Positions 36,201 to 45,338 are shown, counted from the first letter of the stretch. The stretch: DNA of 47,453 bases from a virus (IMGVR_UViG_3300046779_001222:1-47453), one strand, 5' to 3'. Made by a program: numbers and translations. Notes: generated by a model from the sequence alone, not told the origin.

Positions 36201-36553
36201 CCCGCCGAGGGGAAACTGAAAGACGCTCCAGTAGTTTGATCAGTTAATTCTGTTTCTGTTGCGGGTGCTCCAGATGGATCAGTTGCATACAGCTTTCCAT
36301 TTTTTGCATAGACAAGTTTACTTACTGTGGCAGAACTCTTTAAAGCTGTCAATTCGTAAACAGGATTAGCAATAAATGTGTTCATGATTCCACGAAAACC
36401 ATTCCTTAGAACAGGAGAGTTTCCATCAATCATCATGTTTTCGATATTTTGCGCATATCCATCTTTAAGTTTGTTTGGTTGCATGCGCGTATCCATACCG
36501 ATCCAAGTAACATCACCCAGTACAAATGACTGTTGATTGTTCATTGCTTTCAT
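33254..36553 (-). CDS. Tail nozzle / stabilization protein (P22 gp10 / T7 gp12-like propeller) with a large insertion
   Basis: GMDTR..P..L..GYAQNIENM N-terminus; propeller-like blades; C-terminal WKITTRRYG...RGTWLELEV. Confidence 0.75.
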   Translation of the reverse strand: MKAMNNQQSFVLGDVTWIGMDTRMQPNKLKDGYAQNIENMMIDGNSPVLRNGFRGIMNTFIANPVYELTALKSSATVSKLVYAKNGKLYATDPSGAPATETELTDQTTGASFSFPSAGKLVRMTQYGRYIYGVGGAGSSFSLFRTNGTIAASLPAVNGPTSTKPNAVGIVKAVKTYTSGTYGDSAAQATFSSASPSDNRVLNPIFATATGTTCANWNTISGSPSIGTGGSQLVSIHALPWAGSKGTVTQGANGRTTGNIARIDKPTDYIIQEISGLPTYSQNGGTAKVNGLFKLSFALMNYDDAKPFNGQYLNVAVTGYSTSAAINGAFFTAVADAAPKQTTADWVQFEYVIDFREFEGTLDKLRIQISNSGWSRDNDPGVLVDGVYLYSVLSSANDNGTTTDLGLAGFKAAQINTNVTGLYGGYVQNRLIKLAITGTPDLSNDRGIGIRAELHPNIRVNEIPISLGIQEAGSIIWTGQATYNTQTRFLEFQLFPIPGANRDAVTAIYLRFDEDIPDVSVDAVLIGLGDVVRQGGMTPDNRYKYIYTRWKSAPAAWRATSAYNIVAPPGEGIETVPSEYSPEIESSVAYSRGRITFTDSGLRTSTTNYDYDYILVYRRCDTLFTDGMPRLIAMIPTNLGTGTSYTGQNAKVFDYTTGTLVNSDAVTFDVTWSTNTASYTIYDDVRDTDILFPTNVGRPGMFHHTGRNQLPTGLSTIANHKQRLFTSKDNGLYATWPLNKDNEYGVYTTNIPDVQDPFMAIKGAFMTIGSQDDNEKIVNLLSYIADGVVAAGGDTSAILIAYRENSIVPIVGFDPTSFVAQQFVREPGAGLLASKGIASLVGQALFVSSFGISTMQGTKIEPISVPLEGVLNPRSMDYGPTGSANYIGATAYSDIVMLSHERRLYAFAPIAGATTANSNSVVYVYDTRTTGWVKWKLPVFSSVQTYVTSAVSCTSTNDVADMYVGASNGQIYRLEGFSDRPTYGGTTQGIDWKITTRRYGQTYAEGVAYYGTNRPHQVNVHYYTPNAVQFTWKLTNNKNVSATGVYNTSSNQDKAVGFRQIPNDLRGTWLELEVYGSNATSRIEIHAISVNSTESAVRRA

Positions 36554-38239
36554 TTACATGCACCCCATTCGCTTGTACGTCTTTACAAGACTACCTTCTC
36601 TTGAACTTGTATCTACAAGTGTTTCTGTTTTGTCAAATTGACCATTAGTTATATCTGCTACATCATACTCTGTTGCGCCACCACCAACAGAAATAGTCGT
36701 GGCGAGTAAGTGCACCCTAAACACAGGTAGTGTAAATGGAAGATTGTACTGAACTACTCCAGCTACTTCTGTGCATAAATTAGCTACTTCGTACCCACAC
36801 ACCAATGGGAATAGATTTAAATACTCAGGACACTCACATATATTTGGTACATAACCATCAGCACGTATATTAGCAATTCCACGTATACTAGATGCCAATG
36901 GTAATGCTGGTGTATTAGGCGATATTGGATAAAGAGTTAGTGTTGCTATTCCACGTATTGCAGAACTTATTTGATATCGGATTAAGGCAGATACGTTGGC
37001 CGTGCCGTTTATATTACAAGTTACATATATGGGGTCACTGACGTTAGGCGTTGCAGTTAGTTGACCAATTCCAGTTATAGTTGCCGTAAGTTGCGTTGCG
37101 CGTTGCGCAGTTAACGTACCGATTCCAACTATAGATGAGGCAACTTGCGTTGATGGCTGTGCGGATAAATTTGCAGTGCCAACAATACCAGACTGAATCT
37201 GACTCGATGTTGTGGCATTTAATGTTGCTACAGCATTAATGTTTGAAGCAACAGAAATTATAGTTGCTGTAGTGCCCGTTGCATCGAGATTTGCTCTACC
37301 AGTAATGTTACTGGTGCGAGGATTATCAATAGCAGAAATCGTTGCTGATAAATTAGCTTTACCAGTGATATTACTACTGCGTATATTTACTATAGATGCC
37401 GTGGCTGTTAGATCAGCACGTCCAGTAATACTACTGCTGCGTATACTTTCTACAGTTGAAGAGGCTGATAGATTAGCACGTCCAGCAATATCACTACTGC
37501 GTGGATTATTAATAAGGTATGACGCATCTAATCTAGCATATGCTGTTATTGCACTGGCAGCTGTACCAGAAATAGTAGCCGTTACATTAGCCGTACCCGT
37601 AATACTACTACTGCGTGGATTATCAATAGCAGATAACGTGCCAGATAAATTAGCCGTTCCAGTAATACTACTGTTGCGTATGTTTACTATAGATGGCGTA
37701 ACTGCTAGATCAGCACGTCCAGTAATGCTACTGCTACGTGGATTATCAACGCCAGATGGTGTAGCTGAAAGATTAGCTACAGCACTTATATCTGCGCTAC
37801 GTATGTTTACTACAGATGAAGTGGCTGCGAGGTTAGCCGTACCTGTTAAATTAGAGCTACGAATATTAACTATAGATGCAGTAGCATCAAGCCTTGCAAT
37901 TCCGTTTAAAGATGCACTGCGGATATTGATAATAGATGACGTAGCTAAAAGATTGGCTGTGCCGTTTAGGTCCGCGCTACGAATATTGACTATTGATGAA
38001 GTTGCTGCTAAGTTTGCTGTACCCGTAATACTTGAACTACGTTGAACAGCTGGCTGAGCATCAAGTCTTGCAATACCGTTTAATGATGCACTACGAACAT
38101 TTGCTATAGATGCAGCAGCATCAAGTCTGGCAACACCATTAAGACTTGCTGATGCATTTGTAACTCCAAGTGCAGGTGCAGCAAGTCTTGCAGCAATAAA
38201 GGCTACTGTTATATAGCCAGCGCCGAGTGGTGTTGCCAT
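36554..38239 (-). CDS. Repetitive fibre-like structural protein, 561 aa
   Basis: About 22 tandem 18-23-aa repeats N(I/P)RSSSITGxAxLxAT; Cys-containing C-terminus. Confidence 0.75.
   Translation of the reverse strand: MATPLGAGYITVAFIAARLAAPALGVTNASASLNGVARLDAAASIANVRSASLNGIARLDAQPAVQRSSSITGTANLAATSSIVNIRSADLNGTANLLATSSIINIRSASLNGIARLDATASIVNIRSSNLTGTANLAATSSVVNIRSADISAVANLSATPSGVDNPRSSSITGRADLAVTPSIVNIRNSSITGTANLSGTLSAIDNPRSSSITGTANVTATISGTAASAITAYARLDASYLINNPRSSDIAGRANLSASSTVESIRSSSITGRADLTATASIVNIRSSNITGKANLSATISAIDNPRTSNITGRANLDATGTTATIISVASNINAVATLNATTSSQIQSGIVGTANLSAQPSTQVASSIVGIGTLTAQRATQLTATITGIGQLTATPNVSDPIYVTCNINGTANVSALIRYQISSAIRGIATLTLYPISPNTPALPLASSIRGIANIRADGYVPNICECPEYLNLFPLVCGYEVANLCTEVAGVVQYNLPFTLPVFRVHLLATTISVGGGATEYDVADITNGQFDKTETLVDTSSREGSLVKTYKRMGCM
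36855..38161 (-). repeat. Degenerate ~60-63 bp coding tandem repeat
   Basis: Recurrent CCAGTAATACTACTGCTGCG-like units on the + strand. Confidence 0.8.
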
Positions 38240-38243
38240 CGTA

Positions 38244-38720
38244 TTAGTCGAGCGTTACTGTAATTGCATTTGCCGCAAACGTAATCGACTGACCCGCAGT
38301 TAATGTTACAGAACCACCAGTTAGATCACCGTAATACAGAACTGATGTGTCACTAGTGATAGTCCCACTCAATGTTGCAGACGTACAAATAGCAATACCT
38401 ACAATTCCACTGATAGTGCCAGACGCAGTAAATGTAATTGGGTTAATATTTGAAAGCGACGGAGTAGCTGCATCTGCCTCACCTGTACTACTAGTTTTCT
38501 GGAAACATTGAGATGATGTAGCAGTAAATGCTGGGCGCGACGTGTAACCTGCACCAGACGCAACTTCGGCAAAAGTGCTGTCATTAGTCGAGTTAGTCAA
38601 TAACGCAAGATATAAAGTTGCTCCACCAGTTACAACAAATGCGGTACCAGTTGTGGCACCACGTAATGTAGAGTTTAAAATCTTAGCCTCTTGATGATTT
38701 GGAAAAGCTGTATTAGCCAT
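38244..38720 (-). CDS. Small tail fibre / structural protein
   Basis: LYLALLT, EVASGAGY.R, SN...ITF, LYYGDL and G.SITFAANAITVTLD pattern of a widespread phage tail family. Confidence 0.75.
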   Translation of the reverse strand: MANTAFPNHQEAKILNSTLRGATTGTAFVVTGGATLYLALLTNSTNDSTFAEVASGAGYTSRPAFTATSSQCFQKTSSTGEADAATPSLSNINPITFTASGTISGIVGIAICTSATLSGTITSDTSVLYYGDLTGGSVTLTAGQSITFAANAITVTLD

Positions 38721-38722
38721 AA

Positions 38723-39541
38723 CTACGTACCTACCTTTACGATTGGATCAGCGCTTACACTTGTAGTGATCGCTTGGGACCATATAACAGATGTGTCCGC
38801 TTCATTGTACACATCAACCTGCGATCCGGAACTTGCATCAACTTTATTGCGCAAGATACGTAACGCATTTCGCACAGTTCTACCACTAGATGTAGTGGAA
38901 GCCTCATTGCCTGAACTGTCTAAGTTTCGCTTAAGGATGCCGTCTGCTATCTCTTCAACTGCATCTGTCGCTAAAGAATCAGCGTCAATTGCACCTGTAG
39001 CAATAGATGCTGCAGTAATACCACCTGTAGCAACAGAACCAACAGATCCAGTTACGTTACCGGAGACGGATGCAACACCCTGACTTGTTGATATTGTTGT
39101 TCCTGAAAGGCCTACAGTTGTAGTTGGTGATCCTACGTTAGCCCAGTCTAATCCTGCCTCGCCACCAGTACTAACATCCAGTGTGCGACCAGCTGTAGTT
39201 GGATACAAACAGGCCTGATCACGCATTGTAAAACGCCCAACACATGACCCAACAACACTTACCGAGTCAACCGTACCAGTAGTAATAACGCACTCATACG
39301 CTGAACCATCAACATAAAAAGCTGTAGATGTACTGATAGAGACAAAATTCAAACCAGTAATGCCATCATAGTTAGTGGTGAGTGTAACTCCAGCCGTGTC
39401 TTGAGTTAAGTTATTGTCCTTGTACACAGATACAACGGGTGTACCTGCTAAAAGAAAAGGCGCACCTGTTGACGGCCTGTATGTCGTAAACATAAAGGTG
39501 ATAGTGTCGTTCTTGCTGAAATCTCCAATATATTTACTCAT
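38723..39541 (-). CDS. Tail module B, gene 3 (272 aa); paralog of 40898-42079
   Basis: Shared YIGDF N-terminus and IADGIL.R.LDSSG...RTVR.ALR..RNKV C-terminus. Confidence 0.75.
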   Translation of the reverse strand: MSKYIGDFSKNDTITFMFTTYRPSTGAPFLLAGTPVVSVYKDNNLTQDTAGVTLTTNYDGITGLNFVSISTSTAFYVDGSAYECVITTGTVDSVSVVGSCVGRFTMRDQACLYPTTAGRTLDVSTGGEAGLDWANVGSPTTTVGLSGTTISTSQGVASVSGNVTGSVGSVATGGITAASIATGAIDADSLATDAVEEIADGILKRNLDSSGNEASTTSSGRTVRNALRILRNKVDASSGSQVDVYNEADTSVIWSQAITTSVSADPIVKVGT

Positions 39542-40650
39542 CGTACATACCCCGCTAAAGGATTAGCTGCTAAACCGCCACCACCAACCGGCGCAGTGAT
39601 ATCACATACTAGTGCTTGCATTGCCCAGATACGTGTATCTGTCTCCGTCCATGCTCCCGGATCTCTGCGTTCTGTTGCAGATATGTCAGCTGGATCACCA
39701 ACAAAACATCCACGGTCAAGAGCTGCATCTAAATCAAATGCATAAATAGCACCAGTAGCAGTTGCAGTTGCTGGCGCAAATGCAATGCGGTAATAACTAC
39801 CTGCATTCAATGTTGCCAACGTAGCATTTTCCCAGTAAATGTTAGCAACGTAAGCAGTGCCAAGGTTTAATTCATCTTTGTCTACAGTTACTTCTTGCAA
39901 CACTGTTGTTCCATCAGTGTCATATAACCGTAAACGCCAGTCAGCAGATGAAGGGACACCACCAATTCTAACTCCTTCAATCTTGTATGTTGCGCACACA
40001 GTAGTAGGTATTCTAAAGCGATTACCCCACTCGTTAATAGCCGGACTTGTTCCAGTGCCAACGCTTCGAGATGTTACAGTCTCGATAGGTAATCCATAAG
40101 ACTTTGTACTAGTGCTTATTTTAAAAACGGGATTCTGGACAGTACCCTTGGCTGCATTATCGACAACATAAGGGCCACGGAATCCGTGAGATGTTGTCAT
40201 TGAACGTGAAATGTTTACTAAGTCAGACGCATCCCAACCATTTCCACTTCCGTCCGCAACTGGATCTAAAACAAGAGCAACTGTCTGCCCGCGAGTTAAA
40301 GTTACAGACGTTGGTAATGTGCGCGTTAGGAAGGAGTTGTTATTACCTGTATTCCATCCAGTGGCAAGAGATGTTCCAGACACTGTTCCGTAATTACTAA
40401 CGCCTCCAAGCCATGTTCCGTTTGGCAGTCCGTTTGCTACATCAACTTCTTGCAGCCCTACTCGTAATACATCTGGTGACCCAGTAACCGTACCCTGCCT
40501 AAATGACACAGTCGTTACTGTCATTGGTTCCCATGCACGAAATACCATGGCGGATCTGTCAGTTTCAGCATCAAGTGGGTGCGTTTGAAATGCTGGTGCG
40601 CCGTTGTAAGGCATTGGTATTTCTGGGTATGCAAATTTAAAGTCAGCCAT
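39538..40650 (-). CDS. Tail module B, gene 2 (370 aa), beta-sandwich-like putative adhesin; paralog of 42076-43179
   Basis: Colinear shared motifs TRG, TK.(Y/F)G.P, PTT..AT.K..GV, LRLY, WTE. Confidence 0.75.
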   Translation of the reverse strand: MADFKFAYPEIPMPYNGAPAFQTHPLDAETDRSAMVFRAWEPMTVTTVSFRQGTVTGSPDVLRVGLQEVDVANGLPNGTWLGGVSNYGTVSGTSLATGWNTGNNNSFLTRTLPTSVTLTRGQTVALVLDPVADGSGNGWDASDLVNISRSMTTSHGFRGPYVVDNAAKGTVQNPVFKISTSTKSYGLPIETVTSRSVGTGTSPAINEWGNRFRIPTTVCATYKIEGVRIGGVPSSADWRLRLYDTDGTTVLQEVTVDKDELNLGTAYVANIYWENATLATLNAGSYYRIAFAPATATATGAIYAFDLDAALDRGCFVGDPADISATERRDPGAWTETDTRIWAMQALVCDITAPVGGGGLAANPLAGYVR

Positions 40651-40901
40651 TAATTTACCTTTAGTAAATTTCCGTTAGGTTCATTTAAATCGAATGTAAC
40701 CGAACTTGGTAAGTTGCCAACTTTTCTACATGCAGTAACACGACGCAATGATTCAGTAGCCAGTACGTCAATGTAGTCTTGATTGCAGTATTGATTAAAT
40801 GCATCTTCATCAGAAAACTCAATACCATCCCCATCTGAAAAAAACATTACCCAGACACCATTCGCGTCCTGTCCTGCAAAAGTACATTCTAATTGCGTCA
40901 T
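40650..40901 (-). CDS. Tail module B, gene 1 (83 aa); paralog of 43161-43421
   Basis: Shared F....AF..YCN motif. Confidence 0.7.
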   Translation of the reverse strand: MTQLECTFAGQDANGVWVMFFSDGDGIEFSDEDAFNQYCNQDYIDVLATESLRRVTACRKVGNLPSSVTFDLNEPNGNLLKVN

Positions 40902-42079
40902 GATCCACCATCCGGATTTACTGTTACATCAGCGGTATTACTTAACGTGCCTTCCCATGCTGCTACTGCGTCATCTTCTTTATACACAGCAATAGTTCCA
41001 TTATTGACAACCACTTTATTACGCATGGCTCGTAATGCAGAACGGACGGTACGTTCATTAAAGATGTCGTTACTACTACCTGAACTATCTAGCAATCGGC
41101 TAAGTATTCCGTCCGCTATAGACTCAATAGCGTGAACGTGCGTTGGGAGTATATAAAACTCATCGCCAGCTTGTGGAATTCCTGTAAAAGCTTCCTCGCT
41201 GAAAACTTGCCCAGATGACTGCAGGAACGATAGTACTGGTTTTGATTCACCACTTAAATCACCAGTCACAAACAATAAGGTCTGATGATCATAAGTGCCA
41301 TCAAGTGCAATCAGATTAGTTGAAAACATTTCCGTGGTCGGACTTACAGTGGAAGTGACGACACCACTAGTTACGTATGTAGATAATCGTAAATCTTTAA
41401 GAAGTTTACCAAATGAGTTTACTAAGTTATATCCTGTAGTCAGCTCGTTCCATATTGCACTCACCATTTCGGTTACAAAAGTAGCATCTGTTGCAGTGTT
41501 TGTAATAACGTCTGGTTGAAACTCATGCACATCCGCAGCTGCGTGATGTGCTCCAGTAATAGATATTTGGTGTTGTGCCGACTGTGAAAGTATTGGATAC
41601 CCACTAAACGTATCGTATGTCGTAAATCTAGCATTAGATGGAAGAGCATCATTAGCTAACCGCAAAACAATTGCGTTGTTAGCAATTGACGTATTTGTAA
41701 TTACTCCAGCAGCCATCGATGAAACTGTCACAGTTGGTGCTCTATTGGCAATACTAAATTGGAACAGCGGAACGTTTACAGTCTGTCCGTCAACAACAGC
41801 ACCAACGAGGACAACTACATAGTCGTTAGCTGCAGCGTAGAACCCAGCGTCCGTGTTGTTACTAAGGTCAATCGTTACTGCGTTCAGTCCTGTGACAGCG
41901 TCAAATCCACTGAAGTCAGTTATGCCAGCTGAAGATGTGCGCTCGGTAGTCGATATGTTTTTGTATACGCGATAAGTGCCAGCCGTAGTACGCGCTGCCG
42001 ATGCACCACCTGCTGCATTAGACGCATAGAAATATCTTAGTGTGGAGTTGACTGCAAAGTCACCGATATATGGAATCAA
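40898..42079 (-). CDS. Tail module A, gene 3 (393 aa)
   Basis: Paralog of 38723-39541 with a different, longer middle. Confidence 0.75.
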   Translation of the reverse strand: MIPYIGDFAVNSTLRYFYASNAAGGASAARTTAGTYRVYKNISTTERTSSAGITDFSGFDAVTGLNAVTIDLSNNTDAGFYAAANDYVVVLVGAVVDGQTVNVPLFQFSIANRAPTVTVSSMAAGVITNTSIANNAIVLRLANDALPSNARFTTYDTFSGYPILSQSAQHQISITGAHHAAADVHEFQPDVITNTATDATFVTEMVSAIWNELTTGYNLVNSFGKLLKDLRLSTYVTSGVVTSTVSPTTEMFSTNLIALDGTYDHQTLLFVTGDLSGESKPVLSFLQSSGQVFSEEAFTGIPQAGDEFYILPTHVHAIESIADGILSRLLDSSGSSNDIFNERTVRSALRAMRNKVVVNNGTIAVYKEDDAVAAWEGTLSNTADVTVNPDGGS

Positions 42080-43179
42080 TTGATCAACCTCCCACCTATT
42101 ACAGGCCCACCGCCAGATGCACCAACTCCTTGAGTAAAGTCACTTACGTCTAAATTCATTACCCATCGCGACGTACTCGATTCAGTCCATGTATTAGTTG
42201 TTAAATTTCCATCAACGCCATACATCTGTATGTCACTTAATGAATCTGAATCTTGCGCCCTATTAAATAACAATTTAGGACAGTTAAACGCATCTCCGCT
42301 ATTTTGTATTCCTACTAAATACTTGACTCCTGTAGTTAATGTTTGAGGTGTTGTAAATGGAAAATAAATCTGACCACCTGTATCGTCATTATATGCATTG
42401 AGCCAACTTGGCGCTCCACCGTCAGAAATTACTTGATTGGTAATAAGTGTAGGTGGATATGATGTTGCATTGTAAAGACGTAATGAAGATGTACAGAAAT
42501 TTGGATTTGATGCAAACGGCCCAATAACACCATTCAACTTACAAGTAGCACCCATAGTTGTCGGGACGATAAACGACACACCCGCAAATCCATTAACGCT
42601 AAAACTCCCTACATTATCTACCGATATGTTACCAACAGGATATCCAAATGTTTTAGTTGCTGATGCAATACCCCATCTGTATGAATATCCTTTACTACCA
42701 GATGCACTTGTCCTGCTATATGGTTGACCCGTTAACGTGCTGTAATCACGTTTACCCTGATCTTGTCTTTCTACAACAGATAAGCCACCACTCCACGTAC
42801 CATATGTTTCTAGTCCAATAGCATACGTTGTGCCTCGCGTTATAGTCTGTGGGGTTGTTAGATTCCACCATGTGAATGTCGGTGTTGTAATACCTGACGT
42901 AGTACTTATAGGATTTGCATCTGTATAAACCTTTGTTAAGGGAGAAACTATGTCACTACCTTTTACATATTGCCACATAGCAATGCGTACAGGTGGACTA
43001 CCAGATGAACTACTAACACACATTCCAAACTGCGTAATCGTCATCGTGTCTTCAGCGGTAAACACTTGAATGACGTATTCACCTGCAGCAGAAAAATTAA
43101 ATGCCCCATAGCCAAAAGCTGCTTGGAATCCCGTTCCAAATCTACCTATAGGGCTAAGTATCATGATGCGGTTACCCAC
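42076..43179 (-). CDS. Tail module A, gene 2 (~362-367 aa), putative adhesin
   Basis: Paralog of 39538-40650; S/T/G/aromatic-rich beta composition. Confidence 0.75.
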   Translation of the reverse strand: MGNRIMILSPIGRFGTGFQAAFGYGAFNFSAAGEYVIQVFTAEDTMTITQFGMCVSSSSGSPPVRIAMWQYVKGSDIVSPLTKVYTDANPISTTSGITTPTFTWWNLTTPQTITRGTTYAIGLETYGTWSGGLSVVERQDQGKRDYSTLTGQPYSRTSASGSKGYSYRWGIASATKTFGYPVGNISVDNVGSFSVNGFAGVSFIVPTTMGATCKLNGVIGPFASNPNFCTSSLRLYNATSYPPTLITNQVISDGGAPSWLNAYNDDTGGQIYFPFTTPQTLTTGVKYLVGIQNSGDAFNCPKLLFNRAQDSDSLSDIQMYGVDGNLTTNTWTESSTSRWVMNLDVSDFTQGVGASGGGPVIGGRLIN

Positions 43180-43421
43180 ACGTTATCTGGATCACTAATA
43201 GATAAAGATGCAGTCTTACCAGCAATCCTTTGTTCGGAATAATCCATTACTAATAAGGTTTGCAGTAGTACTTTAATGTTAGGTACTAACGAATTGCAAT
43301 AATCTTGAAAAGCTTGATCGTTTGCAAAATTTAAAGACTCTGATTCATTCCACCAGAGAATAATACGTCCATCTGGTAACTCATCAACTCTAACTAGTTG
43401 CGCCGACTCTGAGTAAGTCAT
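43161..43421 (-). CDS. Tail module A, gene 1 (86 aa)
   Basis: Paralog of 40650-40901. Confidence 0.7.
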   Translation of the reverse strand: MTYSESAQLVRVDELPDGRIILWWNESESLNFANDQAFQDYCNSLVPNIKVLLQTLLVMDYSEQRIAGKTASLSISDPDNVWVTAS

Positions 43422-43702
43422 TCACTTACCTTCTTCAATGCTTTTTCAATTATTACATTAAATGCTTGAACAGTACGTAAACCTAACGTACCTAACAAAA
43501 AAGACAAACCAATCATCTCATGTGGCTTGTCCCATCCAAGTTTTTCCGCAACTAGTGGCGTTAGATAAATAGCTGACGCAGCACCAGACAGAACAGTAAC
43601 TATTCCCTGCATAACTGATTTAATTTTTGGCCAATCGGTACCAATTACAGCACCAATTAATCCAGCCAGTAACTGATTTAAATCAATATGCAGTTTATCC
43701 AT
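43418..43702 (-). CDS. Putative holin
   Basis: Two to three hydrophobic segments (LLAGLIGAVIG; GIVTVLSGAASAIYLTPLV; IGLSFLLGTLGL) and a basic C-terminus; start at ATG 43702 after GAGGGA. Confidence 0.65.
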   Translation of the reverse strand: MDKLHIDLNQLLAGLIGAVIGTDWPKIKSVMQGIVTVLSGAASAIYLTPLVAEKLGWDKPHEMIGLSFLLGTLGLRTVQAFNVIIEKALKKVSE

Positions 43703-43991
43703 CGATGTCCCTCGTCGTTTCGCTGACACGTCTCACCTCCGGTAGTTTAACTGAAAACACTGGTAGGTTGCTATCTTGTCGCATGAAGAAGGCAATCAAC
43801 GCAGTTGTCATAGCCGGTATACCAGCCCTGATGCCTTCTATGCTACACAATAATAAACTGCGTGTCACCATGCCAAATGACGCATTCTCTGGAACGTGCA
43901 TTGCCTTCCATGCCGAATCAAACTCAGGAGCAGCTGATGCAACAAACGCACCAAGTGCCAAAAGGATTAATCTGCCCCATGCAATATTCAT
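43695..43991 (-). CDS. Small membrane protein (possible second holin or antiholin)
   Basis: Hydrophobic N-terminus and AMTTALIAFFM segment; adjacent to the holin-like gene. Confidence 0.55.
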   Translation of the reverse strand: MNIAWGRLILLALGAFVASAAPEFDSAWKAMHVPENASFGMVTRSLLLCSIEGIRAGIPAMTTALIAFFMRQDSNLPVFSVKLPEVRRVSETTRDIDG

Positions 43992-44689
43992 TACTTTCCT
44001 CCTGCTTGTGCAACTGGCGGAACAGAAAAAATACCGTTAGGCCCTTTATATGATGGATCAAGTCTAGTCCATAATTGAATGCGCACTTGATCGTACCAAT
44101 CCCCCCAGAATGCCCTGCCAACAATAGAGGGGTCATCGTAGTTCTTTAATGCTATTTTACGAGCTGCATAACATGGCAACGCTTGCATCAATAAATCGTC
44201 ACTAATAAATGAAAATGTTCCTGCTCCCGCAGTTATAGCAGTCGGTAGTCCAGCTCCACGTGCAGTAAAAGCAATTGATGTAGACGGAACGGGATAGAAG
44301 CCTAAATTGCTATAACCAGCTTCATACCAATAAGTTGGCTCACCAGCTGTGGTCGTGTAACTTAAATCATAAGATCGCAATTCATTTTCACCACAGTGAA
44401 TAATAGGTGCGGTTGCACTATTAATATGTACTGTTATTGGAAATGCTAATACAGAAGCACTAAAGTCATATGTGCGCCCAGTGTGTGATGCCACAGTCAA
44501 AGTAGTTGGCAAGTAAACACACGTTCTGCAAAGTTCAAAAGCTGCATCGTTTAGATACTGTAAAATCACATCATTGCTAGATGTTGTGACACCGCCAACG
44601 CCATCTGGTAGTTCTGCAATCACAGAATCAAAAGGTTCGTTTAATAACCTGAGAGTTTCATTTTTAAGATCAACAAAACCTTTTGCCAT
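43991..44689 (-). CDS. Head-tail adaptor protein 2
   Basis: ILQYLNDA..ELCR, GEPTYWY, LGFYPVP and L..YAA pattern of podoviral adaptors. Confidence 0.75.
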   Translation of the reverse strand: MAKGFVDLKNETLRLLNEPFDSVIAELPDGVGGVTTSSNDVILQYLNDAAFELCRTCVYLPTTLTVASHTGRTYDFSASVLAFPITVHINSATAPIIHCGENELRSYDLSYTTTAGEPTYWYEAGYSNLGFYPVPSTSIAFTARGAGLPTAITAGAGTFSFISDDLLMQALPCYAARKIALKNYDDPSIVGRAFWGDWYDQVRIQLWTRLDPSYKGPNGIFSVPPVAQAGGK

Positions 44690-45336
44690 TACCGTGTCCT
44701 TCTAGCGTAAATGCTTGCGTAATTGTCAACCATTGCAAGGCGTTGTAGGTACTCTGGCTTAAATATTTGCATTGCATTAGCATCGCCCATTTGCATACCA
44801 CGAGCTTGCAATACAGCATAAACTAAACAATCATGTGCAACTTCCGGTAAAGGACATTCAGTTGCATCAGTATTAGGTAATGGAGTTCCAGCTGAATCAT
44901 ATGCCCAGTTATCACCGGGTTGTGCATAACCTTCAATCAGAAGGCCATTTGTAAGAGTAGCGTTTACAGCTGGGTAAACGCTTATATTATTCATCCCTCT
45001 CAATACAACTATCTCAGGACGATCACTACTTGGTAGATTTCGCCATGAATCAATATATTGATTACTAAAGTCAAATAATCTAGTTGATTGATACTCGTTT
45101 AATGTGTCTAAAACTTTAATGACTTTAATCCTGTAGATATCTGGTGCGCAGTAGTCATTAACATCTACAGTTAAATCTAAATACCTGCGGCCAACCAGAC
45201 AGTCCGTTTGTCGGGCTATCTGGTTGGCCTGTTCTAGAATTAGATAGTCTAGGCCAAATGGATCACGGTCTGCGTCAGTGCCAAAGTAGTTCCTACCTAG
45301 CATCCTAACATTGCGTTTAATTTGGCCTAGATTCAT
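44689..45336 (-). CDS. Head-tail adaptor protein 1
   Basis: MNLGQIK..VR, QIARQT, ISVYPA, LPEVAHDCLVYA. Confidence 0.75.
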   Translation of the reverse strand: MNLGQIKRNVRMLGRNYFGTDADRDPFGLDYLILEQANQIARQTDCLVGRRYLDLTVDVNDYCAPDIYRIKVIKVLDTLNEYQSTRLFDFSNQYIDSWRNLPSSDRPEIVVLRGMNNISVYPAVNATLTNGLLIEGYAQPGDNWAYDSAGTPLPNTDATECPLPEVAHDCLVYAVLQARGMQMGDANAMQIFKPEYLQRLAMVDNYASIYARRTR

Positions 45337-45338
45337 AT

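Noticed and set aside
37212-38045. 277-aa + strand hydrophobic ORF
   Set aside because: Antisense shadow of the repeat protein's codons, with no SD support
38723-43421. Diversity-generating retroelement or invertible tail-fibre switch
   Set aside because: No reverse transcriptase or invertase in the window, the modules are co-oriented, and no near-identical nucleotide template/variable repeat pair was seen
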